DNA of 15,490 nucleotides from a virus (Duplodnaviria; Heunggongvirae; Uroviricota; Caudoviricetes): IMG/VR virus record IMGVR_UViG_2740892233_000004; one strand, 5' to 3'. Shown piece by piece: positions 1 to 6,386 of this stretch (position 1 is its first letter; each line of letters starts with the position of its first letter). The notes under the pieces were generated by a model. It saw only the letters and a program-made list of their open reading frames with translations, ran no database searches and was not told where the DNA came from. The position numbers and the translations under genes were made by a program.

Positions 1-2
1 AC

Positions 3-173
3 ATCCAGACAGATGCAAAAGACCTGAATGTGATGTACCACAATGCGAAAGTGGCGACAAACAACCTGAAACTGGGAACCTTTGGCGCATTTGATAACGA
101 ATGGCATACGCTGGCTTTCCGCTTTGCCGGGAATAACAGCCTTCAGGTGACGCCGGTTATTGATGGTCAGGAT
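3..173 (+). CDS. C-terminal fragment of a large prophage protein with lectin (LamG/concanavalin-like) motif; possibly NanS-p-type esterase C-terminus. Partial at window start and at N gap
   Basis: Frame open from pos 3 with no upstream stop; translation ...NEWHTLAFRFAGNNSLQVTPVIDGQD. Product call is inference from the motif and from position upstream of a lysis cassette in an allelic segment. Confidence 0.45.
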
Positions 174-183
174 NNNNNNNNNN
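174..183. other. Assembly gap (10 N)
   Basis: Run of 10 N. Confidence 0.99.
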
Positions 184-248
184 ATCTTCACTGCCACAGG
201 GCGTTGCCCTGACCGGAGACGGGGGGAATAACCTGCTGGCAGCGTTCT

Positions 249-258
249 NNNNNNNNNN
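249..258. other. Assembly gap (10 N)
   Basis: Run of 10 N. Confidence 0.99.
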
Positions 259-259
259 A

Positions 260-523
260 GCGACAAACAACCTGAAACTGGGAACCTTTGGCGCATTTGA
301 TAACGAATGGCATATGCTGGCTTTCCGCTTTGCCGGGAATAACAGCCTTCAGGTGACGCCGGTTATTGATGGTCAGGATGGCACACCGTTCACGCTGACG
401 CAGTCACCGGTCAGTGCCTTTGCGGCGGATAAACTGCATGTGACAGACATTACCAGAGGTGCGACTTACCCGGTACTGATAGACAGCATTGCGGTGGAAG
501 TGAACAGCACAGACACTGCGGCA
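260..523 (+). CDS. Same lectin-like C-terminal domain, second allele; partial at both ends (N gaps)
   Basis: Translation ATNNLKLGTFGAFDNEWHMLAFRFAGNNSLQVTPVIDGQDGTPFTLTQSPVSAFAADKLHVTDITRGATYPVLIDSIAVEVNSTDTAA; near-identical to 3..173 with substitutions. Confidence 0.5.
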
Positions 524-533
524 NNNNNNNNNN
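524..533. other. Assembly gap (10 N)
   Basis: Run of 10 N. Confidence 0.99.
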
Positions 534-534
534 A

Positions 535-642
535 TTTGCGGCGGATAAACTGCATGTGACAGACATTACCAGGAATGCGACTTACCCGGTACTGATAGAC
601 AGCATTGCGGTGGAAGTGAACAGCACAGACACTGCGGCATGA
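535..642 (+). CDS. 3' end of lectin-like protein (allele), stop TGA 640-642
   Basis: Translation FAADKLHVTDITRNATYPVLIDSIAVEVNSTDTAA*; followed by an A7 run and a CCGCCA/TGGCGG inverted repeat. Confidence 0.5.
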   Translation, partial: FAADKLHVTDITRNATYPVLIDSIAVEVNSTDTAA

Positions 643-794
643 TAAAAAAACCGCCATCGACAGGAATGGACGCTGGCGGTGGTGATACCTATGGAGAAAA
701 AATAAAGGAACGATACTTTCGTACTCTGGTTTTTTAATGAAAACAGTTCTTATTGTCAACAATAACGGAAAGAAATTATGACATTTCTGAACCA

Positions 795-804
795 NNNNNN
801 NNNN
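795..804. other. Assembly gap (10 N)
   Basis: Run of 10 N. Confidence 0.99.
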
Positions 805-805
805 G

Positions 806-856
806 CTGATTGACAGCATTGCGGTGGAAGTGAACAACGCGGATGCCGCGGCATGA
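806..856 (+). CDS. 3' end of lectin-like protein (divergent allele), stop TGA 854-856
   Basis: Translation LIDSIAVEVNNADAAA*; same segment continues without a gap into the small ORFs and holin start, fixing its position upstream of the lysis cassette. Confidence 0.5.
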   Translation: MIDSIAVEVNNADAAA

Positions 857-992
857 TAAAAAAAGCCGCCAGTTGCCTGAGACCTCTGGCGGTGTGAGAT
901 TCATGGAGAATCAAGGAAAGATACTACCACTTTCGTCATCGGCATTTTTAAATGAAAACTGTTTACTTAGTCAACCATAACGGTAAGAAATT

Positions 993-1172
993 ATGACATT
1001 TCTGAACCAGTTAATGCTGTACTTCTGTACGGTGGTCTGTGTGCTGTATCTCCTTTCGGGTGGGTACAGGGCCATGCGTGACTTCTGGCGCAGACAGATT
1101 GACAAAAGGGCCGCTGAGAAAATCAGCGCCAGTCAGTCAGCCGGAAGCAAACCCGAAGAGCCGCTCATTTAG
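993..1172 (+). CDS. Hypothetical small membrane protein (59 aa); not in the ORF track because it is under 60 aa
   Basis: ATG 993; translation MTFLNQLMLYFCTVVCVLYLLSGGYRAMRDFWRRQIDKRAAEKISASQSAGSKPEEPLI* has one clean hydrophobic helix then a charged tail. The start region is conserved in the allelic segment at 776-794 and the 3' part at 1624-1732. Confidence 0.35.
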   Translation: MTFLNQLMLYFCTVVCVLYLLSGGYRAMRDFWRRQIDKRAAEKISASQSAGSKPEEPLI

Positions 1173-1212
1173 CGGCAACTTTCTTAATCACATCTTTCGA
1201 CGAGAAAATCCC

Positions 1213-1485
1213 ATGTCAGAAATTACATCCCTGGTCACTGCTGAGGCAGTGAAGGAAGTCCTGCGCTCTGAAGAAGTCCTGAGTGCACTGAAACAAAAAC
1301 TTCGCCATAACCTGGAAGCGCGTCTTGATGCAGAGGTTGATGCCATTCTGGATGAGCTGCTTGGTGTACAGGCAGAGCCACCGACTGAAGCGGGAGATAC
1401 CACCGCAGAGAGCGGTGAAGTTCAGCCTGAATCACCGGTCGCCGATGCGACTGAACCTCAACCCGAATCGGTCATGATGCTGTAA
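1213..1485 (+). CDS. Hypothetical small acidic protein (90 aa), allele 1
   Basis: ATG 1213; [51 protein letters not shown] then an acidic Pro/Glu-rich tail. The ORF-track start at 1039 is an in-frame upstream extension I judge unlikely. Confidence 0.5.
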   Translation: MSEITSLVTAEAVKEVLRSEEVLSALKQKLRHNLEARLDAEVDAILDELLGVQAEPPTEAGDTTAESGEVQPESPVADATEPQPESVMML

Positions 1486-1494
1486 CGGGGAGTC

Positions 1495-1527
1495 AGGGCC
1501 ATCAGTAAACAGCTGCTGGCCTTTTTC
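1495..1527 (+). terminator. Imperfect stem-loop followed by T run between the acidic ORF and the holin
   Basis: AGGGCCA ... TGGCCT stem (one G-U) then TTTTT; weaker than the allelic copy at 2022-2054. Confidence 0.3.
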
Positions 1528-1561
1528 ATGTTGTGAGCTTCCGGATTGTGGGAGACGGGGT

Positions 1562-1613
1562 ATGTACCAGATGGAAAAAATCACAACAGGTGTGTCATAC
1601 ACCACGTCAGCGG
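1562..1613 (+). CDS. S: Holin 5' fragment (allele), cut by N gap
   Basis: [27 protein letters not shown] ribosome-binding site upstream; same Met1/Met4 dual-start layout as the full copy. Confidence 0.7.
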
Positions 1614-1623
1614 NNNNNNNNNN
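1614..1623. other. Assembly gap (10 N)
   Basis: Run of 10 N. Confidence 0.99.
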
Positions 1624-1763
1624 AGTGCGCGATTGCTGGCGCAGGCAGATTGACAAAAGGGCCGCTGAGAAAATCAGCGCCGGTCAGTCAGCCGGAAGCA
1701 AACCCGAAGAGCCGCTCATTTAGCGGCAACTTTCTTAATCACACCTTTCGACGAGAAAATCCC

Positions 1764-2009
1764 ATGTCAGAAATTACATCCCTGGTCACTGCTGAAGCAG
1801 TGAAGGAAGTCCTGCGCTCTGAAGAAGTCCGGAGCGCACTGAAACAGAAACTTCGCCATAACCTGGAAGCGCGTCTTGATGCAGAAGTGGATGCCATTCT
1901 GGATGAACTGCTGGGCGCACCGGCAGCTCCGGAGCCGGAAGGCATCGCGGGTGAGGGGAGTGCTTCAGATAGCGGTGACCCCACACCGGACAGCGACATG
2001 ATGATGTAA
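1764..2009 (+). CDS. Hypothetical small acidic protein (81 aa), allele 2
   Basis: ATG 1764; N-terminal 60 aa nearly identical to 1213..1485; C-terminal tail differs ([31 protein letters not shown]). Confidence 0.5.
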   Translation: MSEITSLVTAEAVKEVLRSEEVRSALKQKLRHNLEARLDAEVDAILDELLGAPAAPEPEGIAGEGSASDSGDPTPDSDMMM

Positions 2010-2021
2010 GCATGCGTCAGG

Positions 2022-2054
2022 GACCATCGGTGTGTGCCGGTGGTCTTTTTTATT
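2022..2054 (+). terminator. Rho-independent terminator-like hairpin 13 nt after the acidic ORF stop
   Basis: GACCATCGG / CCGGTGGTC 9-bp stem (one G-U), loop TGTGTG, then TTTTTTATT. Confidence 0.5.
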
Positions 2055-2086
2055 GTTGTGAGCTTCCGGATTGCGGGAGGCGGGGT

Positions 2087-2302
2087 ATGAACCAGATGGA
2101 AAAAATCACAACAGGTGTGTCATACACCACGTCAGCGGTGGGAACGGGCTACTGGTTCCTGCAGTTGCTGGACAGGGTTTCCCCGTCTCAGTGGGCGGCA
2201 ATAGGCGTGCTGGGGAGTCTGCTGTTTGGGCTGCTGACATATCTGACGAACCTGTATTTCAAGATTAAAGAAGACCGGCGTAAGGCGGCACGGGGAGAGT
2301 AA
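2087..2302 (+). CDS. S: Class II holin, phage 21 S-type (pinholin-like), 71 aa, dual start Met1/Met4
   Basis: [71 protein letters not shown]; two hydrophobic segments and a charged C-terminus; GGGAGG site upstream. Family match is from memory of S21-type holins. Confidence 0.9.
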   Translation: MNQMEKITTGVSYTTSAVGTGYWFLQLLDRVSPSQWAAIGVLGSLLFGLLTYLTNLYFKIKEDRRKAARGE

Positions 2303-2306
2303 GCTG

Positions 2307-2760
2307 ATGAGCAGGAAACTCCGCTATGGTTTATCGGCTGCCGTTCTGGCGCTGATTGCCGCAGGTGCTTCTGCGCCTGAAATCCTCGACCAGTTTCTGG
2401 ATGAAAAGGAAGGTAACCACACCACGGCATACCGTGATGGTGCGGGTATCTGGACCATCTGTCGTGGTGCCATTCTGGTGGATGGTAAACCTGTCGTTCC
2501 GGGCATGAAGTTGTCGAAGGAAAAATGCGACCGGGTTAACGCCATTGAGCGTGATAAGGCGCTGGCATGGGTGGCGAAAAACATCAAAGTGCCACTGACT
2601 GACCCCCAGAAAGCGGGTATTGCGTCATTCTGTCCTTACAACATTGGCCCAGGTAAGTGTTTCCCGTCGACGTTTTATAAACGAATTAATGCAGGAGATC
2701 GAAAAGGTGCCTGCGAAGCGATTCGCTGGTGGATTAAGGACGGTGGCAGAGACTGCCGTA
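2307..2760 (+). CDS. R: Endolysin, T4-lysozyme-like (GH24) with N-terminal SAR domain; 3' end cut by N gap
   Basis: ATG 4 nt after the holin stop; N-terminal Gly/Ala-rich weakly hydrophobic LRYGLSAAVLALIAAGASAPEIL; catalytic spacing E-x8-D-x5-T in EGNHTTAYRDGAGIWT. Confidence 0.9.
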
Positions 2761-2770
2761 NNNNNNNNNN
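2761..2770. other. Assembly gap (10 N)
   Basis: Run of 10 N. Confidence 0.99.
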
Positions 2771-2772
2771 CG

Positions 2773-3168
2773 GGTATCTGGACCATCTGCCGAGGCGCCA
2801 TCATGGTGGATGGTAAGCCTGTGATTCCTGGCATGAAGCTGTCGAAGGAAAAATGCGACCGGGTTAACGCTATCGAACGGGATAAGGCGCTGGCATGGGT
2901 GGAGCGTAATATAAAAGTTCCACTGACCGAGCCACAAAAAGCAGGTATCGCGTCATTTTGCCCCTATAACATTGGCCCCGGTAAGTGTTTCCCGTCGACG
3001 TTTTATAAGCGGCTTAATGCAGGCGATCGCAGGGGAGCGTGTGAGGCGATTCGCTGGTGGATTAAGGACGGTGGCAGAGACTGCCGTATCCGTTCAAACA
3101 ACTGTTACGGTCAGGTATCAAGACGTGACCAGGAGAGTGCGCTGGCATGCTGGGGTATCGACAGGTAA
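2773..3168 (+). CDS. R: Endolysin 3' portion (divergent allele), 5' cut by N gap, stop TAA 3166-3168
   Basis: GIWTICRGAIMVDGKPVIPGMKLSKEKCDRVNAIERDKALAWVERNIKVPLTEPQKAGIASFCPYNIGPGKCFPSTFYKRLNAGDRRGACEAIRWWIKDGGRDCRIRSNNCYGQVSRRDQESALACWGIDR; differs from 2307..2760 at several residues. Confidence 0.9.
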   Translation, partial: GIWTICRGAIMVDGKPVIPGMKLSKEKCDRVNAIERDKALAWVERNIKVPLTEPQKAGIASFCPYNIGPGKCFPSTFYKRLNAGDRRGACEAIRWWIKDGGRDCRIRSNNCYGQVSRRDQESALACWGIDR

Positions 3169-3277
3169 GCAGAATATTTTGCTGAAAAATGACGTTGGCC
3201 AACGCGGGTAGACAACACGAAATCCTGCGAACTGGCAAAATGTAAGTGAATAAAGTCAACAAGATTGTTTCATGAAG

Positions 3278-3305
3278 AGGCACCGTAATGGTGCCTTTGT
3301 CATTT
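3278..3305 (+). terminator. Rho-independent terminator-like hairpin between endolysin and the antirepressor-like gene
   Basis: AGGCACC / GGTGCCT 7-bp stem, loop GTAAT, then TTGTCATTTCTG. Confidence 0.5.
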
Positions 3306-3442
3306 CTGCGCTTCGCACAAGCGTAAATAAACCAAAGAACCTTTCAGGATGAGCCCTGGTGGATAACCGGCAGTGGTCTGGTTAACCCTCTTTGGGCTGG
3401 TTATTCCTGTGCGCAGGGTTCATCACTAAAAGGAAATAACCG

Positions 3443-4012
3443 ATGAATATGATGACCGTGCCGTTTCACGGCGATTCTCTTTATGTGGTTAACCATAACG
3501 GTGAGCCATACGTTCCCATGAAACCTGTCGTTGCGGGGATGGGGCTGGCCTGGCAATCACAGTTGGCTAAGTTAAGACAGCGTTTTGCGTCAACTATAAC
3601 GGAAATCGTTATGGTTGCTGAGGATGGGAAACAACGCAATATGGTGTCCATGCCACTTCGAAAACTTGCCGGCTGGCTACAAACCATTAATCCCAACAAA
3701 GTAAAACCCGAAATCCGCGATAAGGTCATCCGGTATCAGGAAGAGTGCGACGATGTTCTTTACGAGTACTGGACGAAGGGTTTTGTCGTTAATCCCCGTA
3801 AAATGAGCGTGATGGAAGAACTCAACCAGGCTTGTGCTGACATGAAACGGGATAAAAACATTGCCAGTGTGTTTGCTACCGGGCTGAATGAGTGGAAACA
3901 GGTTAAATCCGCGCATGTATCAAAAATCCGTACGCTGGTAAATGAAGCGAATATGCTGATTGATTTTGTCCTGGCTGATACAGGCAAAGGGAAAATAACA
4001 AAGGCGGATTGA
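3443..4012 (+). CDS. Phage antirepressor-like protein (Ant/Rha-type N-terminal domain), 189 aa
   Basis: AAGGA site 9 nt upstream; N-terminus TVPFHGDSLYVVNHNGEPYVPMKPVVAGMGLAWQSQ resembles antirepressor N-domains. Assignment from memory, not searched. Confidence 0.6.
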   Translation: MNMMTVPFHGDSLYVVNHNGEPYVPMKPVVAGMGLAWQSQLAKLRQRFASTITEIVMVAEDGKQRNMVSMPLRKLAGWLQTINPNKVKPEIRDKVIRYQEECDDVLYEYWTKGFVVNPRKMSVMEELNQACADMKRDKNIASVFATGLNEWKQVKSAHVSKIRTLVNEANMLIDFVLADTGKGKITKAD

Positions 4013-4158
4013 TGGGGTGGCTAATGATATCAGATAAACTCATAACGCTGGTGAAGAGCCTCTGTGTACTTGTCGGCATTTCATTTTTAGTCATGCTGGT
4101 TGCCATTTTCTTTTCCACCGCCTGGCGAGTCCTGACGTTATCGGGACTGGTGGGGTGA
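4012..4158 (+). CDS. Hypothetical small membrane protein (44-48 aa); start overlaps the Ant stop (TGATG); alternative start ATG 4024
   Basis: Translation (MGWL)MISDKLITLVKSLCVLVGISFLVMLVAIFFSTAWRVLTLSGLVG*; single hydrophobic helix; not in ORF track (under 60 aa). Confidence 0.4.
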   Translation: MGWLMISDKLITLVKSLCVLVGISFLVMLVAIFFSTAWRVLTLSGLVG

Positions 4159-4165
4159 AAGAGAG

Positions 4166-4186
4166 ATGAACCGTGTTCTGTGTGTG
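4166..4186 (+). CDS. Rz: Rz (i-spanin) 5' fragment, cut by N gap
   Basis: MNRVLCV immediately before the gap; continues in the next segment. Confidence 0.6.
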
Positions 4187-4196
4187 NNNNNNNNNN
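4187..4196. other. Assembly gap (10 N)
   Basis: Run of 10 N. Confidence 0.99.
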
Positions 4197-4631
4197 ATGG
4201 CGGTTGGCTGTGGTGCGCTGTGGCTGGCAACAAACCATTACCGTGACAACGCGCTCACCTACAAAGCGCAGCGCGATAAAAAAGCCAGAGAGCTGGAACA
4301 GGCGAATGCCACCATTACTGACATGCAGGTGCGCCAGCGTGATGTTGCTGCGCTCGATGCAAAATACTCGAGGGAATTAGCCGATGCGAGAGCTGAAAAT
4401 GAAACTCTGCGTGCTGATGTTGCCGCTGGTCGTAAGCGCCTGCGGATCAACGCCACCTGCCCCGGTACCGTGCGTGAAGCCACCGGCACCTCCGGCGTGG
4501 GCAATGATGCCGCCGTCGAACTCTCTCCGGTTGCTGGACGAAACGTTCTCGGTATCAGAGACGGAATCATCAGCGACCAGGCAGCATTGAGAATGCTTCA
4601 GGAATATATCCGCACTCAGTGTATTAACTAG
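4197..4631 (+). CDS. Rz: Rz i-spanin (5' truncated by gap), stop TAG 4629-4631
   Basis: ...[80 protein letters not shown]... closely matches lambda Rz as I recall it. Confidence 0.9.
   Translation: MAVGCGALWLATNHYRDNALTYKAQRDKKARELEQANATITDMQVRQRDVAALDAKYSRELADARAENETLRADVAAGRKRLRINATCPGTVREATGTSGVGNDAAVELSPVAGRNVLGIRDGIISDQAALRMLQEYIRTQCIN
4384..4590 (+). CDS. Rz1: Rz1 o-spanin lipoprotein, embedded in Rz in the +1 frame
   Basis: [39 protein letters not shown]: lipobox VSAC and Pro-rich mature region, wholly inside Rz. Confidence 0.85.
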   Translation: MRELKMKLCVLMLPLVVSACGSTPPAPVPCVKPPAPPAWAMMPPSNSLRLLDETFSVSETESSATRQH

Positions 4632-4654
4632 TATTTTTGTTATTCGGAGAATGC

Positions 4655-4879
4655 ATGAAGAAATTATTGGTAACCGTAAAGCCTTTTCAGGGAACAATTC
4701 CGTTCCGTATTTTGCAGCGTGGTCGTGTTCTTGTTGAAGGTTCGTTCAGTGGTAAATGTACGCAATTACACTCCAGGACCTTTCAGGTGAATGCCACGAA
4801 TGAAGAGCTAACCGTTGAGTGTACGATGAATGCCGCTAAATGCCGCATGGTATCCGCTGCATTACAGCCAGTGTGTTGA
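4655..4879 (+). CDS. Hypothetical protein (74 aa, four Cys)
   Basis: GGAG 6 nt upstream of ATG 4655; MKKLLVTVKPFQGTIPFRILQRGRVLVEGSFSGKCTQLHSRTFQVNATNEELTVECTMNAAKCRMVSAALQPVC. No family recognised. Confidence 0.45.
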   Translation: MKKLLVTVKPFQGTIPFRILQRGRVLVEGSFSGKCTQLHSRTFQVNATNEELTVECTMNAAKCRMVSAALQPVC

Positions 4880-5235
4880 GCGACCTTATTATTCATGCGC
4901 GGTATTGTCGCCGTATTCCTGCATTAACAGAGACCGCAGCCCGACCGGGAGAATCCTCTGCGCGAGTGTGCGGGGATAATCAAAAACGATACACACCGGG
5001 GTTTACCGCGTTAACGGAGCGCGGCGTTGTCCCCTCATGGTCGCTGGTCCGGTGCGATGGTGGAAGAAGCCGGATGTTTATCACTATTAATTGATAACAC
5101 AGAAATGGATTCATTGATTTTCAGCACGTTTTTGTATTCGTATTATTGAACATCTGTTTATTTTACTTTTAACATATTGATAATAAAAAGAGCTGTAAAT
5201 CTTTAGATGAGTCGATTTTGTCCGGGGAAGTTCAA

Positions 5236-5376
5236 ATGGATTTTATGCTGACGGTTTCTGGTGTGGTTATCCTGTCCATTGCTTATACTGCAGATAAATA
5301 TGGCTGCCATTTGTTATCACGTATTGGCGCTTATTGCTCGTTGATGCTGATTTTCTCGTCGCTTTTTTTTGAGTAA
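5236..5376 (+). CDS. Hypothetical small hydrophobic protein (46 aa) inside an AT-rich island
   Basis: MDFMLTVSGVVILSIAYTADKYGCHLLSRIGAYCSLMLIFSSLFFE*; two hydrophobic stretches; GGGGAAG upstream; surrounding about 300 bp is visibly AT-rich versus flanks. Confidence 0.3.
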   Translation: MDFMLTVSGVVILSIAYTADKYGCHLLSRIGAYCSLMLIFSSLFFE

Positions 5377-5505
5377 GTTATATTAATTATAACAAATAAT
5401 TTTCTGTGTTTTTTCAGGCTATCCCGTCAGACGGGAAGCCTGTACTGCCGGGGGACGAATGGAAAACTGATGTGTCCGGTAACTGTGTGTTCTGTGAACA
5501 CCATG

Positions 5506-5691
5506 TTACTTAATTATGTAATTCATACCCGAACGCTCTGTTGACAGCCTTCTTCTGCAGGCTTCAATAACCCACGCTGAAAAGTTACCGGAACCTTTAT
5601 GTTCAAGGGCGATATTGATCTGTTCAATCATGTGATTGGGGAAACGGATATTGCGGGTTGTGGTTCTGCGGGTCCGGTTTTTCGATGACAT
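5506..5691 (-). CDS. Small ribbon-helix-helix-like DNA-binding protein (61 aa), opposite strand to the late operon
   Basis: Minus-strand AAAGGAAATAAAT then ATG at 5691; MSSKNRTRRTTTRNIRFPNHMIEQINIALEHKGSGNFSAWVIEACRRRLSTERSGMNYIIK: basic N-terminus, strand then two helices. The ORF-track start at 5751 lacks a ribosome-binding site. Confidence 0.6.
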   Translation of the reverse strand: MSSKNRTRRTTTRNIRFPNHMIEQINIALEHKGSGNFSAWVIEACRRRLSTERSGMNYIIK

Positions 5692-5732
5692 ATTTATTTC
5701 CTTTACTGATTGCCATATGACGGGGATTTTAC

Positions 5733-6098
5733 ATGGCTGAGCTTCGTACACTCCAGAGCAGAATCAAAACACTGAATACCCGACGGGTGAATATTCTGAA
5801 GGGTGAACAGCGTCGTGTCAGTGGCAGTGCACGTGTTTCCCTCAAGCGTCATATCTGGCTCAGGGATGCCGGGCAGTGCTGTCTCTGTGGTCGTGTGGTT
5901 GACCTCTGTGACAGTGAACTCGATCACCGAATTGCACTTCAGTTCGGTGGTGGTAATGAGGAGACGAATCTCTGGACGCTCTGTACCGAATGCCATCGAC
6001 AAAAGTCTGCTCGTGAAGCGGCGGGTGGTATGCCGGACCCGACGCTGCCGGAGGTGTCCGGAGGTAGTGGCAGAGCGGACGACATCATCGGACTGTAA
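5733..6098 (+). CDS. HNH endonuclease (packaging-associated type, next to terminase)
   Basis: CCLCGRVVDLCDSELDHRIALQFGGGNEETNLWTLCTECHRQKS: CxxC...DH...N...CxxCH signature; lies directly upstream of cos-like repeats and the small terminase. Confidence 0.85.
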   Translation: MAELRTLQSRIKTLNTRRVNILKGEQRRVSGSARVSLKRHIWLRDAGQCCLCGRVVDLCDSELDHRIALQFGGGNEETNLWTLCTECHRQKSAREAAGGMPDPTLPEVSGGSGRADDIIGL

Positions 6099-6188
6099 CC
6101 CGAGCGGGGGGGTATCATCCGGCGTAAAAAACGATCGCTCCGGACACCGCGCCCCCTCTCACGCAGAGAAAAAATTCCCGTTTCAGGG

Positions 6189-6312
6189 CAGTTAACATGT
6201 TAACTGGCTGTCCGGGCATTTTTGCGGTTTTTATCTTTATTATTCAGTTTGTTGTGCGGAAAAAATGTTAACTGGCTTTTTCAGCAAATGTTAACCAGGC
6301 AGCAGTTAACAT
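6189..6312. repeat. Cluster of GTTAAC-containing repeats, including an 18-bp perfect palindrome; candidate cos / terminase-binding region
   Basis: CAGTTAACATGTTAACTG 6189-6206; further ATGTTAAC copies at 6265-6272 and 6288-6295; GTTAACAT at 6305-6312; all in the HNH-to-terminase intergenic region. Confidence 0.45.
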
Positions 6313-6386
6313 TTGCGGCATGAGACGCCGGGAAAAATGGGCTGAACCATACCCGGCTGAGTGCGTTCTGGACCCGGGAGGAGGCT

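Noticed and set aside
184-248. 65-bp orphan segment between two N gaps
   Set aside because: One frame is open (SSLPQGVALTGDGGNNLLAAF) and may belong to the lectin-like gene, but it is too short to place or annotate.
1-856. Tail-fibre C-terminus interpretation of the first ORF fragments
   Set aside because: One segment (805-1613) places this gene directly upstream of the holin, a cargo position rather than the tail module; lectin-like cargo protein preferred, though the family call remains unverified.
1099-1130. Sigma-70 promoter at TTGACA (1099-1104)
   Set aside because: No acceptable -10 hexamer at 16-18 bp spacing, and the hexamer lies inside the candidate 59-aa ORF.
1039-2009. Long N-terminal extensions of the acidic small protein (starts at 1039 and 1533)
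   Set aside because: Upstream in-frame portion is not protein-like and overlaps the better-supported 59-aa ORF; 1533 lies on the other side of an N gap from the conserved ATG at 1764. Shorter starts at 1213 and 1764 preferred.
2071-2268. 65-aa ORF in an alternative frame within the holin gene
   Set aside because: Fully overlaps the well-supported holin frame and has no independent support.
3169-3442. Possible tRNA or small RNA in the endolysin-to-antirepressor spacer (GGTTCATCA resembles a T-loop)
   Set aside because: No complementary T-stem or acceptor stem could be built around it by eye; a tRNA scan would settle it.
4840-5094. 84-aa + strand ORF after the 74-aa hypothetical
   Set aside because: Overlaps the 3' end of 4655..4879 in another frame, has no ribosome-binding site, and the translation looks non-protein-like; retained only as part of the island finding.
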